From: a virus
Taxonomy: Duplodnaviria > Caudoviricetes
Direction: 5' to 3' (one strand)
IMG/VR virus record: IMGVR_UViG_3300020045_009961
Location: 1 to 38,584 of that record
DNA length: 38,584 bases
Below, in pieces: positions 1 through 9,542 of the stretch. The position numbers and the translations under genes were made by a program. Within the stretch, counting starts at the first letter, position 1; each line of letters opens with the position of its first letter. The notes under the pieces were generated by a model that did not search any database, was not told the DNA's origin, and saw only the letters and a program-made list of their open reading frames with translations.

Positions 1-1639
1 CAGCGTTATTAAGTTCTTGTCGTTTTACTCCTGTTTTGGTTTTGCCCATTGCACCACTAACTATACTGGCATGACTAGGATTATCCCCTTGCTTCTTAAC
101 GTCAGCCATTGAAAGCCCGTTAAACTTGCCGCCCATTCCCGCGATAATATTTCCCCTACCATCTAACTGCACATGAGAGCCACCACCATCACCAGCGTTT
201 ACCGTTATCCAGCGTTTGCTGTCATCATCCCCAACCTGAACAGCCCCACCAGCACCAAACATAGAAAAATCCAGCCCCTCCAGCAAGTCATCCTCTGACT
301 CAGGCTGCGTTAAGTCGATATGCGCATATCCGCTGTCCTTATCCTTGCTAATCCGTTCAGCCGCCTTCTCAGGCGATATGATTTGAGACTGAACTAACTG
401 CACGTCATTAGCAACGCGCTTACTCTGAATATCGGCTAACTCAGCATCGGTTTTACTACCACATGGATTCCATTGAATTGTAATGTTTTCGTGGTCTAAG
501 CCATTACTGAGAAGGATGGCTTTGTTGTGAAACTCAATAACAGGGTTAATTTTGACCTGTAAAGTGCTTAGGTTGCTTGAATTATAAATCCTGTCCTCAG
601 CTTCACCAGAGTTAAACATTCCCGATGTTTCGTTGTTCATCATGAATCGATTTACGGGTATTTTTGCCACCGCTGCGACTATAGAATAGTACCGCGCGAA
701 AAGGTCTTCTACACCCTGTAGTGATTTCTCTACGTTTTCATAAGATTCATCTCTGCCTAAAAACAGCTTTCTAAATTGCCCTGATAATCTGGAAAAGAAC
801 GTCATTTTTGCTTCAAACCCAGCTTGGTCAAGCATTGCCATTTCTGTATCACCCTTCTGAACCTGTAGGTTTTTAGTGAACAAAATTTGCAGGGATTCAT
901 TAGCGGCTTGGTCGGCTTGATACACCTTTTCGTAGATTTCCTGCACCAACGACACCCCGCCCCCTAAATACTGGGGCAACAAATTGGGTGCAACTTCGGC
1001 GTGGTGAATAATACGAACCCATGAATAATGATACTTTCGATTTGCTACGCGCCAGTAATTGACCTGTCTGAACCGCATAGGGTCATTCATTTCAAACTCA
1101 GAAGGTACGCAGTATTGCGGTGATAGCGCAAAGAAACCTTTGTATCGGTAATTTTTCAGGGTTTCCCAGTTTATTGGTAGCGCGTAGTGTTCATCGGTTA
1201 GCCCGTCAAACTGAAACACGCACACCCTAATCCCGTACACGCGGGAATAATACAGGGTATCTTCTAACAGCTTATTAAAACCAAATTCTTTATTGAAGTT
1301 AGCAATCGCCTTAGCGTGGGTATCTGGAACTTGCTCTTGTGCCTCAGCTACCAACTCATAGCCGTTTCTTAAGCAGTCCTGCACAGGCATTAAACACGCG
1401 CGATTTATCGCCCAATACTTCACAAGCTCCTCTTGAATTTGCGGCGTTAAACGATAATTGCACCGTGCAAAATAACGCAAAATATCAATGTTCAGCACGC
1501 CGCTTTCGTCTGAAATAGTGGGCGCGTCATCACCGACAAAAACCGCATCACCTATAGTGTCGGGCAACATTAGTTTTTCGACTATTTCACCGATGATGTC
1601 GGGTTGCTTGGTTTGTTTTTTGCGGAATATGTTTAGCAT
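1..1639 (-). CDS. Portal protein, DUF1073/HI1409 type, with C-terminal extension (partial, runs off left edge)
   Basis: Not in ORF track. ATG at 1639 overlaps the terL stop (TAATG). The stretches I translated read MLNIFRKK...YSRVYGIRVCVF...YWRVANRKYHYSW...YLGGGVSLVQEIYE and, at the 3' end, WNPCGSKTDAELADIQ...ELNNA, open to the edge. Lies directly after terL. Confidence 0.85.
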   Translation of the reverse strand, partial: MLNIFRKKQTKQPDIIGEIVEKLMLPDTIGDAVFVGDDAPTISDESGVLNIDILRYFARCNYRLTPQIQEELVKYWAINRACLMPVQDCLRNGYELVAEAQEQVPDTHAKAIANFNKEFGFNKLLEDTLYYSRVYGIRVCVFQFDGLTDEHYALPINWETLKNYRYKGFFALSPQYCVPSEFEMNDPMRFRQVNYWRVANRKYHYSWVRIIHHAEVAPNLLPQYLGGGVSLVQEIYEKVYQADQAANESLQILFTKNLQVQKGDTEMAMLDQAGFEAKMTFFSRLSGQFRKLFLGRDESYENVEKSLQGVEDLFARYYSIVAAVAKIPVNRFMMNNETSGMFNSGEAEDRIYNSSNLSTLQVKINPVIEFHNKAILLSNGLDHENITIQWNPCGSKTDAELADIQSKRVANDVQLVQSQIISPEKAAERISKDKDSGYAHIDLTQPESEDDLLEGLDFSMFGAGGAVQVGDDDSKRWITVNAGDGGGSHVQLDGRGNIIAGMGGKFNGLSMADVKKQGDNPSHASIVSGAMGKTKTGVKRQELNNA

Positions 1640-3021
1640 TAGAATGAGTATGATTTTTTGTTAATAAAATGGTTGTACGCATCACTAAAAGCGTCCACTT
1701 GGTCATCGTTTACGCCGTTAGGAAATAGTCGCAATTCCTCAATAAACGGTTTATTCCACGCACCACGGCACATTTTGATATTCCCAATATTCGCCTGTGC
1801 GGCTACTGGACTTGCACGGGTTTCTTTGCTTCCTGTAACTCTATCGGCAATAACACTAAAGCCGCTTAGTATTTTAACAAAATTCTTTGCTTGATACTTT
1901 CCAGCTTGCGCTGGGTCTTGAGGTATAAGTATTTTTACCGCCCTACCATCGGCTTGTGCCGTTGCCAATAACACTCTTTCAACATCTTCGGGTGCGAACT
2001 GACCTCTAACCACATCGACAATATAGGCTGTGCGTGTTTGCGTATCATAGCCTATTTTAACGCCTGTCGTATAATCGCCGCCGTTTGCTGTTCCCGCAAA
2101 ATCCCACGCCCTGACAAATTGTAAGTTGATTGGATAGGCTTCAACGGTTTCGATAAAGTCGGGCTTGAAAAAGTTACCTTCGGCAATTGTTGGATTTTGC
2201 TGATAAAGGCTATTCCACGCCGCCGATGACATCACATCTTTTATTCCATTCAGAAATTCAAGGCTTTTGTGTTCTGGAAACAATGGTTCGCCTTGTTTGC
2301 GATTTGGCTCATCGTGTTCAGCCAGTGCGTGGTACTTTAAAACCCGTGTGCTTGGCTTTAGGTCAACTAATCGCCCTATCAAATCATCGATATGCCATCG
2401 GGTGCAAATGCAAAGGAACGCGCCATCATCACTAAAACGGGTGCTGAAATCCGATGTAAACCATTCCCAAACTTTATCACGAATAGTTGCACTGTTTGAT
2501 TCTGCCCTGCCTTTTGTATAGTCGTCTATAACACCCCACGTCATTGATTCGCCCGTAATTGCCCCGCCGATGGTGGTATTTCTGAAATAGCCATCTTCAC
2601 CGTACAGAATTAAATCAAGTGTTTTGTGGGTTGGTGTGAATTTAGGGAATACATCTTGAAAACGCTTTGTTGCTGAAAATCTTTGAATACGCCGATTAGC
2701 CCTAACTCCTAAGGCATCACTAAAAGAAGCGTAGATTATTTTTAATTCGCTTTCTGTTGCTTCGCTGTCTTTTCCAATTGACCATAGCAAAAAGTCATTG
2801 ATAATCGTACTTTTCCCATGCTGCGGTGGTGCGGTAATAATTAACTGAGGACGTAAACCCGCTAAATAATCATCGTGGAATTGCTGTAATTTATGGCTAA
2901 CTTCTTTCTGCCACCAACCAACTTTAAGCCGCTTGTGCATCAATAGGCGAAACCGCCAAAAATCAGAACGCGCTAATCGCAAAGCGCGTTCGTATTTAGC
3001 CGCCGCTAATAACTCTGTCAA
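1639..3021 (-). CDS. terL: Terminase large subunit (Terminase_6 type)
   Basis: Walker A PPQHGKS, Walker B VIDD, TRWH coupling motif, YQQNP, nuclease WDFA and FPNGVNDDQVDA. Confidence 0.95.
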   Translation of the reverse strand: MTELLAAAKYERALRLARSDFWRFRLLMHKRLKVGWWQKEVSHKLQQFHDDYLAGLRPQLIITAPPQHGKSTIINDFLLWSIGKDSEATESELKIIYASFSDALGVRANRRIQRFSATKRFQDVFPKFTPTHKTLDLILYGEDGYFRNTTIGGAITGESMTWGVIDDYTKGRAESNSATIRDKVWEWFTSDFSTRFSDDGAFLCICTRWHIDDLIGRLVDLKPSTRVLKYHALAEHDEPNRKQGEPLFPEHKSLEFLNGIKDVMSSAAWNSLYQQNPTIAEGNFFKPDFIETVEAYPINLQFVRAWDFAGTANGGDYTTGVKIGYDTQTRTAYIVDVVRGQFAPEDVERVLLATAQADGRAVKILIPQDPAQAGKYQAKNFVKILSGFSVIADRVTGSKETRASPVAAQANIGNIKMCRGAWNKPFIEELRLFPNGVNDDQVDAFSDAYNHFINKKSYSF

Positions 3022-3271
3022 GTTCTGCGTCCGTCAATTCTTGAATTGGCTTAGTGTTTATGCCGCCACTATGCTTTATCTCGGTTTTTACAACAAAATC
3101 ACCATCAATCTTGCCAATAATTTCAATAGCTTTAATTTTTTCCATCGGCTTAGTTAATTCCCATTTTGCAATTTTCTCTAGCCCACGCAAACGCCCGCCT
3201 TTTGTTTGCAAGTCGCAATCATCAAGCGTTAATGGGTCGGTGAATATGTCGGTGGTTTTGTTGTCGTTCAT
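2996..3271 (-). CDS. Probable terminase small subunit
   Basis: Overlaps terL start; KIKAIEIIGK...EIKHSG...ELTDAEL resembles TerS C-termini. Confidence 0.55.
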   Translation of the reverse strand: MNDNKTTDIFTDPLTLDDCDLQTKGGRLRGLEKIAKWELTKPMEKIKAIEIIGKIDGDFVVKTEIKHSGGINTKPIQELTDAELDRVISGG

Positions 3272-3512
3272 TATCTGTTTTTAATAAAATCTATCGGCTT
3301 CTTGCTCTCAACACGCGCCACCTGAACACGATTAGCGGTTGTTGATCTGTGTTGTCGCAACCATCGGCTATTATCAAACCAATCACGATGAGCTGTGTAG
3401 TTGCGTTGGTTAATCGGAGGCATTGTCGTCATATTTACCACCACACACAATCATCAAAAACAACACCATCAACACGCCACCTGCTATTAGTAAGCAATAG
3501 CCGATTATTGCC

Positions 3513-3686
3513 TCAAGCACTTTCAATGCTTACGAAGTCTTCACACCTATCACTATCGCCACCTTGACCAAAAAAATAATCATGTTGGTTACTTATGTGG
3601 GCTAACGCGCATTTATCGCGTGATGTGCAGTTATGTGTATGGCAATATTGCGCAACAGGCGTGGTATTTTCGGTTTCTTTTTTCAT
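3513..3686 (-). CDS. Small Cys-containing hypothetical protein (57 aa)
   Basis: Translated by hand (MKKETENTTPVAQYCHTHNCTSRDKC...); start overlaps the dcd stop. Confidence 0.45.
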   Translation of the reverse strand: MKKETENTTPVAQYCHTHNCTSRDKCALAHISNQHDYFFGQGGDSDRCEDFVSIESA

Positions 3687-4273
3687 CACTTAACGCCTTT
3701 TGATGGTTGAACTCTATCCTGTCCATTGTATTGACCACGCACCGCATAGCCTTTATCATGAGGAACTGGCGCGTGCTTAAAGAATTTAACCTGTCCGATT
3801 TTCATACCTTCGGTTAAAATAAGTTTGTGAAATTGGGTGTCATTTTTTAACTCTAGCGTTACTTTTCCATTAAAGCCAGCGTCTATCCACCCTGCTAATT
3901 GGTGTGCTAAAAAATTACGCCCTAGGCTTGATTTAAGAGAGTATTCAGCACTTAACCAGCTTGGCATATTAAAGCTTTCAAAGGTGCTGGCAAGTAAAAC
4001 GGTATCAGGCATCATGTAGCCTTTGCTGTCCAACTCAAACGGCTTAGTTAGTTTTATATTTTCGCATTTTGCTAAATCAACCCTGTCCATGCCGCCGCTT
4101 AAGTCTTCAACACAGATAAACTTATCCAGCGTGACATCAATGCTTGTGCCGTTGATTTGTGATAATGGCACATCAATAACACCTAAATCAACTAACACGC
4201 ACAGGTCGTTATAGCTCAACAACCCATTAGGAATAAACCAGCGCGGGTATTTTCTTTTTAACTGATTAATCAT
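3686..4273 (-). CDS. dcd: dCTP deaminase (trimeric dUTPase superfamily)
   Basis: Motifs SIDVTL, KSSLGR, AGWIDAGFNGKVTLELKN, GMKIGQ. Confidence 0.9.
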   Translation of the reverse strand: MINQLKRKYPRWFIPNGLLSYNDLCVLVDLGVIDVPLSQINGTSIDVTLDKFICVEDLSGGMDRVDLAKCENIKLTKPFELDSKGYMMPDTVLLASTFESFNMPSWLSAEYSLKSSLGRNFLAHQLAGWIDAGFNGKVTLELKNDTQFHKLILTEGMKIGQVKFFKHAPVPHDKGYAVRGQYNGQDRVQPSKGVK

Positions 4274-4275
4274 GA

Positions 4276-4554
4276 TTAGTTTCTAGCTGTTCGTTCATTA
4301 GCTATCTCTATTTTTTCAGCAAGTCTATTTATTGACGCGGACATTTCCCTAGTCAAAAGTATTAGTTCTGCGTCAACCCTAGCGTCATTCGCTATCATCG
4401 CCTTAAGCGATTCTGCATTAGCCGCCACCTGCTCCTGTAACTTTATCTCTCGTTGTGACGATTCGGCAACAGTGTTGCCTAAAAGCGTAATCAAAGCAAT
4501 TATTACACCCCAATACCCGTATTTACCCCCAAAATCTCTAACCTGCTGAACCAT
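4276..4554 (-). CDS. Single-TM membrane protein, possible holin
   Basis: Start revised to MVQQ (AAGGA RBS); N-terminal hydrophobic segment followed by a coiled coil. Confidence 0.45.
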   Translation of the reverse strand: MVQQVRDFGGKYGYWGVIIALITLLGNTVAESSQREIKLQEQVAANAESLKAMIANDARVDAELILLTREMSASINRLAEKIEIANERTARN

Positions 4555-4584
4555 AACCGCGCATCCTTTGTTCAAATAAAATCG

Positions 4585-4593
4585 ATAATACCA
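4585..4593 (-). promoter_or_regulatory. Extended -10 promoter (TG-G-TATTAT) for the holin-like/dcd/terminase genes
   Basis: Minus strand TTTGTGGTATTAT just downstream of a terminator. Confidence 0.55.
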
Positions 4594-4612
4594 CAAATTT
4601 ATGAGTAGACAC

Positions 4613-4641
4613 AAAAAAGCCCGTACTTAGACGGGCTTTTT
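4613..4641. terminator. Bidirectional intrinsic terminator
   Basis: AAAAAAGCCCGT-acttag-ACGGGCTTTTT. Confidence 0.85.
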
Positions 4642-4650
4642 ACTTAAGAC

Positions 4651-4899
4651 TTAAACGCTTTCATCATCAGGTACGCCGTTGCATAGCCTAATTATCCCAT
4701 TTATTCGTGCGATAGCATCCCACTCAATTTCTTTTTGCCGAAGCCATGACAGTTTACGGGCTACCACTAGAGAGCGCGTTATTTCTTCATAGCCATCTAT
4801 CTTGCTTAGCAGATTATCGCATTCATGCTGAACTGCCAGCTCATGAACATAGCCCATTATTTCTTCCATTGTCAAAACTGCGAATAGTATTTTTAACAT
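4651..4899 (-). CDS. Hypothetical protein
   Basis: ORF with AGGA RBS, co-oriented with neighbours. Confidence 0.55.
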   Translation of the reverse strand: MLKILFAVLTMEEIMGYVHELAVQHECDNLLSKIDGYEEITRSLVVARKLSWLRQKEIEWDAIARINGIIRLCNGVPDDESV

Positions 4900-4932
4900 T
4901 TTTTATCCTGATTGATTGATTGGTTGATTATT

Positions 4933-5379
4933 TTATTGCCACAAAAACGGCTTTATCGGCTGGCACACTAAACTATAAATCTGATAAGGAACTCCTTTAT
5001 AATCAATATTCATAAACTCAAGCTGTGCGGTCGTGTAAAACTTTCTGGTAATCGCAGAAGCCATTGTTAGTGTTGATGCGGTAATCGGTAGATTAATCTC
5101 TATGTTAGATTTATCTTTTAAGTAATTGTAAACCGTTCCAGTTCCAGCGGTGGTAACTGGTTTCATGGTGTATAGATTGCTAACGCCATTAAATGATATT
5201 TTTGCCTGTCTATGAGTAGGGTCTGCTGGTGCTGGAAAAACCAAGTTTGTATTTAGCACAATCTCCATTGTTTGATTTGCGGGTACTGAATTTATGCTTT
5301 TGCAGTGGATGAAAGGTAGCGTTACTGCGTGGCATGGTTGAGCTGATAATAGAGCGATTGCTAGTCTAACTATTTTCAC
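4933..5379 (-). CDS. Predicted secreted/periplasmic protein
   Basis: GTG start behind CAGGAG; signal-peptide-like MKIVRLAIALLSAQPCHA-VT. Confidence 0.6.
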   Translation of the reverse strand: MKIVRLAIALLSAQPCHAVTLPFIHCKSINSVPANQTMEIVLNTNLVFPAPADPTHRQAKISFNGVSNLYTMKPVTTAGTGTVYNYLKDKSNIEINLPITASTLTMASAITRKFYTTAQLEFMNIDYKGVPYQIYSLVCQPIKPFLWQ

Positions 5380-5818
5380 CTTGATTCTCCTGTTGCTTTC
5401 TAAGTTCAATATTCAATTTTCTGTTTATCCATTTTAATTTGCCGCCGCAAATTTTAGAGCAAGTGCGCTGGTTATTATTTAGAAACGCCTTTACCTGGTG
5501 ACAAACAGGGCATTTTTTATACTCAGGATATTTTTTTAGCTTATCCTTTCTTGCCTCCATTGCCGCCGCCGCACGTTTTGTATTTACGCAGCCGATTGAG
5601 CAAAGAGCTTGCTGTTTACCTTTTAGCGACTTATTACACACGCCGCAAAAACGTCCATTGTGGTCATCAGGGTGCTTGTCGGATTCTAAATTCTCCTTTG
5701 CGTCAGCTGTGAAAAATATACCACGCGGAGTAATTACTCTAACCCGCTCTGGAATTGTCAAAAAATGATTTAATGGCAATCCTGAGAAATTATCGGCTTT
5801 AACCATTGCAGGTATCAT
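5366..5818 (-). CDS. Zinc-finger protein (two CxxC...CSxxC units)
   Basis: CGVC..CSIGC and CPVC..CSKIC; ATGA overlap with upstream ORF. Confidence 0.65.
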   Translation of the reverse strand: MIPAMVKADNFSGLPLNHFLTIPERVRVITPRGIFFTADAKENLESDKHPDDHNGRFCGVCNKSLKGKQQALCSIGCVNTKRAAAAMEARKDKLKKYPEYKKCPVCHQVKAFLNNNQRTCSKICGGKLKWINRKLNIELRKQQENQGENS

Positions 5819-5973
5819 CTCTTTTTCCTCCAATCTGGATAAACAATTTTACTCGCTGGTTCGATAACTATTTGCACGGCTTTCGTGGGTCGCTTGCGCT
5901 TTGTTGGCAGTAGTAATTCACTGGCTTTTCTATCGGCGGCTTTTTGGGCTTCGGTTTTGTGGTTGCTGCTCAT
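5815..5973 (-). CDS. Small basic hypothetical protein (52 aa)
   Basis: Translated by hand MSSNHKTEAQK...WRKKR; ATGA coupling. Confidence 0.5.
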   Translation of the reverse strand: MSSNHKTEAQKAADRKASELLLPTKRKRPTKAVQIVIEPASKIVYPDWRKKR

Positions 5974-5978
5974 AATTA

Positions 5979-6191
5979 TTACCCGTAGTCTCCAACAATC
6001 GTATCAACAACATGATGTTTTAATTCGCTATCTTTGCAATCACAATTCCAAAATGGGAATGACTCATAATATCCTTTGTACATCATGACTTTCATTTTTG
6101 AGCGACAAAACGGACAAATGGGTTTCATATATCTACCCTTTAGCATCCTTACTGATTCAACCTCTGTGTGCTTGTTTTTCTTGGTAGCCAT
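5979..6191 (-). CDS. Small Zn-ribbon-like hypothetical protein
   Basis: CPFC...CDC; AATCTGGAGAA RBS. Confidence 0.55.
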   Translation of the reverse strand: MATKKNKHTEVESVRMLKGRYMKPICPFCRSKMKVMMYKGYYESFPFWNCDCKDSELKHHVVDTIVGDYG

Positions 6192-6287
6192 TGTGCTATT
6201 CTCCAGATTTGATTGCTTCGTGCAGTTTTTTTTGCACGAAGGCTGTTAGCTACATCATTTTCGGGCGCGTACCCGTTTGATTTCTGC

Positions 6288-6602
6288 TCATGGTGTTGGC
6301 ATCGGTGTATTTGGTAATGGTAGCCACGATACAAATTCATCGCACCAAATAAATTCATTAATACAGCCAATAACATAATCACCATCACGCTTTATTAAAA
6401 TACAATCTATGTGCTGCATATCATGCGTAAACGGCTTTGGCGTGGTTAGCCATAAAAAATATTGATACTTAGATTGACTCAAAACAACGGTGTCTTCATG
6501 AGGCGGTAGCTCAATCGTTCCAAATTCATCAATATACTCACGCATTGATTTTGTGTCAGTAAACCCATTTTCTTGGGCGTATTCATCGGGCGACATTGGC
6601 AT
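6288..6602 (-). CDS. DUF551-like phage protein
   Basis: C-terminal SWLPLP motif; AATCTGGAGAA RBS. Confidence 0.55.
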   Translation of the reverse strand: MPMSPDEYAQENGFTDTKSMREYIDEFGTIELPPHEDTVVLSQSKYQYFLWLTTPKPFTHDMQHIDCILIKRDGDYVIGCINEFIWCDEFVSWLPLPNTPMPTP

Positions 6603-6623
6603 TATTTATTCTCCAGATTATAT

Positions 6624-7520
6624 TTAATTAGTTTTATTAACTGTGGTTAGCTCTTCTTTTTTAGACACTAAAAAACGACTATTGAGCTTTTCGATTCTGT
6701 CTTTTATGTATTTATCCGCTTTTACTATCCGCGATAACAAAAACTCAGCATCATCCTGAATAAGCTCAAACTCATAGTAAAAAAGCTTAAGGTGTTCGGG
6801 CGCGTAGTGGCAATAAGACACAAAGCACATTGTATTCACCTTGGCACACATAGCCTGTTTTACAAGCTGCCAATAATACACAGGGTAATCGCGCTTAAAT
6901 TGCAACACGTTTTCGATTAGACCGTATTCTAAGTGTATCGATTTTGTTGGTGGGTTTTTAATATCAAGCGTGGCGAACCTAACCCCGTTCACGAACACAA
7001 TAGAGTCAGGAGTTGCCCCCACTAACCCAAAGCCATCCAAAGTGATAAATTCCTGAGCATCATTCACAAACCTAAAATCATAATCTGGAAACCGTTGTTT
7101 CAACGCTTCAACCGCTAACGGCTCATGCTCTTTCCCGTACCGTGTTGCAAAATTATCAAAAGAAACATCCAATTTTTCTACAAAACCAAACATTCTATCC
7201 GCTGCCAACTTGTCGCACCACGCAATCGCACCTTCTGGCAATTCGTCATTCACCATCCTATCAAGCTGTTTTTGCTTTGCTTCACGCGCCTTTTCAGCGG
7301 TTTTTGTTCCGCGTGTTGAGGTGGATATTTGATAATCCAGCTCTTCTATTTCCACCTCTAGCGTGGCTATTGCTTGTGGGTCTGGCTGGTATGTTGCCAG
7401 TTTGTTTATGTTGCTTGCGGACATTACGCCGCAGTGGGTTTTTGCGTGTAGTAGTTTTTCTGAGGACTCAAAAGAATCCCCAGTGTTTAAACTTTCGAGT
7501 TGCGACAATAAATCATTCAT
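6624..7520 (-). CDS. YqaJ/lambda-exonuclease family recombination nuclease
   Basis: SAS, RYGKEHEPLA, GATPD, LDIKNP, YYWQ motifs. Confidence 0.85.
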   Translation of the reverse strand: MNDLLSQLESLNTGDSFESSEKLLHAKTHCGVMSASNINKLATYQPDPQAIATLEVEIEELDYQISTSTRGTKTAEKAREAKQKQLDRMVNDELPEGAIAWCDKLAADRMFGFVEKLDVSFDNFATRYGKEHEPLAVEALKQRFPDYDFRFVNDAQEFITLDGFGLVGATPDSIVFVNGVRFATLDIKNPPTKSIHLEYGLIENVLQFKRDYPVYYWQLVKQAMCAKVNTMCFVSYCHYAPEHLKLFYYEFELIQDDAEFLLSRIVKADKYIKDRIEKLNSRFLVSKKEELTTVNKTN

Positions 7521-7528
7521 ACCAACAC

Positions 7529-8173
7529 CTACATTAAGCTATCAAGAGAAGGAAACGCCATCAATCCGCTGTCAATCATACCCCTAACGTCAATAGCAGT
7601 TTGTTTGTGCAGTGATACGTCATCGCTCTTATCAAAAACAATGTACTTGTATTTGAAAGTTTCGCCCTTTTCATTCTTACCTTCGGCATCGGCAAAACGC
7701 ATTACAAAAGACAACCCGATAGGCGACTCATTAACAGCCATTGCGGCGCGAATCAATCCAATAATCCCTAAAATCGAGCGCGTTTTTATTAACGTGCTTT
7801 TCAGATTGCCATATTTTTCATCTACAAAAAGCAGGTGAACCCAGTCTTGATACTTCGGCTCTTCGCCTTTTTTTGTAAACAAAGCCACGTTTTTTAATGG
7901 CATAACCGCGATTAAACAGGCTTTCATTTCTTTGCCGATTGTCGTGTCACCTACTTTGAAGCACCCGCCACTCGCTGAACAATCATTGCGAACATGAATA
8001 AACGACTTATTTTCCATAGACAAAACATCGTTTGAACTTGCAAGCGTGGGGTACATTTCACCAGTAATGGGGTCTACACGCATTTTAGCTTCACTTGATT
8101 GACTAGCCACAGCAACACCGTTTTGACCATCAGCAACCGTTGAGACTTCTTTGTTTTCTGAATTTTCTGACAT
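7529..8173 (-). CDS. Putative ssDNA-binding/annealing partner of the exonuclease
   Basis: Start revised to MSENSENK (AAGGA RBS); adjacent to exonuclease; function inferred from position only. Confidence 0.5.
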   Translation of the reverse strand: MSENSENKEVSTVADGQNGVAVASQSSEAKMRVDPITGEMYPTLASSNDVLSMENKSFIHVRNDCSASGGCFKVGDTTIGKEMKACLIAVMPLKNVALFTKKGEEPKYQDWVHLLFVDEKYGNLKSTLIKTRSILGIIGLIRAAMAVNESPIGLSFVMRFADAEGKNEKGETFKYKYIVFDKSDDVSLHKQTAIDVRGMIDSGLMAFPSLDSLM

Positions 8174-8195
8174 AAATAATTTTCCTTTTTCCAAT

Positions 8196-8306
8196 AAAAA
8201 ACCCCAAGACCTGCCGCTGGTAGACGGCAAATAATGGGGCTAAGGGTTTTTATGCCTTATCAAAATAAACGCTACCAGACGCATTTGATAAGGCACTGCT
8301 ATTTTA
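8196..8306 (-). promoter_or_regulatory. Kissing-loop leader/attenuator 1
   Basis: -10 TAAAAT; hairpin TGCCTTATCAAA..CTGGTAG..TTTGATAAGGCA; terminator CCCCA..TGCCG-tCTACCAG-CGGCA..TGGGG then T-run. Confidence 0.85.
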
Positions 8307-8489
8307 ATACGTTATCGACTTATCGCCAATCAATATTTCTTGTTGATGTTCACACGCACATTCGAAGCTACATAGGTCGTCAACATCATCAATATCCATG
8401 TCACTCAAGCACCATGTGCATTGTTTAACTGGCTTGTCATCGGGCGGCGTTGAGTCGCCAAAACCTGACTTCGTATAGTTACTAGCCAT
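8304..8489 (-). CDS. Small Cys-rich hypothetical protein
   Basis: CTWC...CSFEC motif; in operon. Confidence 0.55.
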   Translation of the reverse strand: MASNYTKSGFGDSTPPDDKPVKQCTWCLSDMDIDDVDDLCSFECACEHQQEILIGDKSITY

Positions 8490-8491
8490 GA

Positions 8492-8878
8492 TTAACCCCC
8501 TGCCTTTTTACGCGTTATAAACCGTGATAAAGGCGTACTTTCTGAATAACCAACAGGGTTACAAGAACGACCTGATGGGAAGTTACAGAGACAATAATCT
8601 TCATCACTACAAGGGTAAATTTCAAACCATGCAAGAGAGTGAAACGTAAAGAATGGGACGTTTGGCACAATGTCATTATCGAATAATGAAGTTATACTAA
8701 GAACATGAAACTCACCGCCTAAATATTTACTATAACGGCGATACCATCTTGCATCATTGCGACTCGCTATTTTTTGCAAGCGGTAAAATCTATCGCTGTC
8801 ATTAACTTTAATGGCATCATTTATGGCTAGTATGATTTTTTTGTGCAGATTATCTGATTGAGTCAATAGTTCTTTCAT
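8492..8878 (-). CDS. Hypothetical protein
   Basis: ORF with AATCTGGAGAA RBS. Confidence 0.6.
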   Translation of the reverse strand: MKELLTQSDNLHKKIILAINDAIKVNDSDRFYRLQKIASRNDARWYRRYSKYLGGEFHVLSITSLFDNDIVPNVPFFTFHSLAWFEIYPCSDEDYCLCNFPSGRSCNPVGYSESTPLSRFITRKKAGG

Positions 8879-8891
8879 GCTGTTCTCCAGA

Positions 8892-9083
8892 TTAATAATT
8901 ACGCGCTTTCAAAAACTCATCAATCGCAGTTCGCACTATCCAGTTGATGCCACGCTCACTGTCTTGTTTGTACGCGGTCAATCTTGCATCTAACTCAGAA
9001 GATACTATGCTTCTGACTTCGTGACGTTTTGGACTATCACCCCTTGTTCTACCGCCGCCTATTTTTCGTTCTGCCCCAGCCAT
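8892..9083 (-). CDS. Ribbon-helix-helix DNA-binding protein
   Basis: VRSIVSSELDARL...INWIVRTAIDEFL strand-helix-helix pattern. Confidence 0.65.
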   Translation of the reverse strand: MAGAERKIGGGRTRGDSPKRHEVRSIVSSELDARLTAYKQDSERGINWIVRTAIDEFLKARNY

Positions 9084-9395
9084 TTACAAAACCCCCATTG
9101 AGCGTAAATTCAAATAAACAGACTCATTAAAGCTTCCACCTAAACTAGCCAGCGCGTTCTTAACTGCGCGGCTTTCGCTTCTATCCCATTTCAGCACGCT
9201 ATAACGCGCCTTTGCTTCTTTGCGAATAACAGCCATTTCCTTGCGAGACCATGAAAATTTATTGAATCGTTGAATGATAACCCACGCCATGCCTTTGATG
9301 GTCTTTACTACCCGAACGGCGTTTAATTTCATTTCTGCGGTGATTTCTGACAGTAGCATTAATTCTGCTATGTAGCGTTTAGTGATGTGTTTCAT
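9084..9395 (-). CDS. Hypothetical protein
   Basis: ORF with AATCTGGAGAA RBS. Confidence 0.6.
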   Translation of the reverse strand: MKHITKRYIAELMLLSEITAEMKLNAVRVVKTIKGMAWVIIQRFNKFSWSRKEMAVIRKEAKARYSVLKWDRSESRAVKNALASLGGSFNESVYLNLRSMGVL

Positions 9396-9495
9396 TTCAT
9401 TCTCCAGATTAATTTAATTTGCCCGTCCATCTATCGCACCGTTGCCGCCCGTTCCGTTAGGGCTTGCTACATGGTTTTCCTAACCAGTGGCGGCT

Positions 9496-9525
9496 ATTAT
9501 ACACACACCTGTTTTAATTCCGCAA
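9496..9525 (-). promoter_or_regulatory. Sigma70-type promoter for the recombination operon
   Basis: TTGCGG-18-TATAAT followed by a GC-rich leader hairpin (GCCGCC..GTTAGG..CCTAAC..GGCGGC). Confidence 0.55.
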
Positions 9526-9542
9526 GATTGGAATTAAAATAT

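Noticed and set aside
1658-2521. Plus-strand ORFs inside terL, and similar antisense ORFs within primase, tail and MTase genes
   Set aside because: Shadow frames of well-supported genes, with no recognisable motifs
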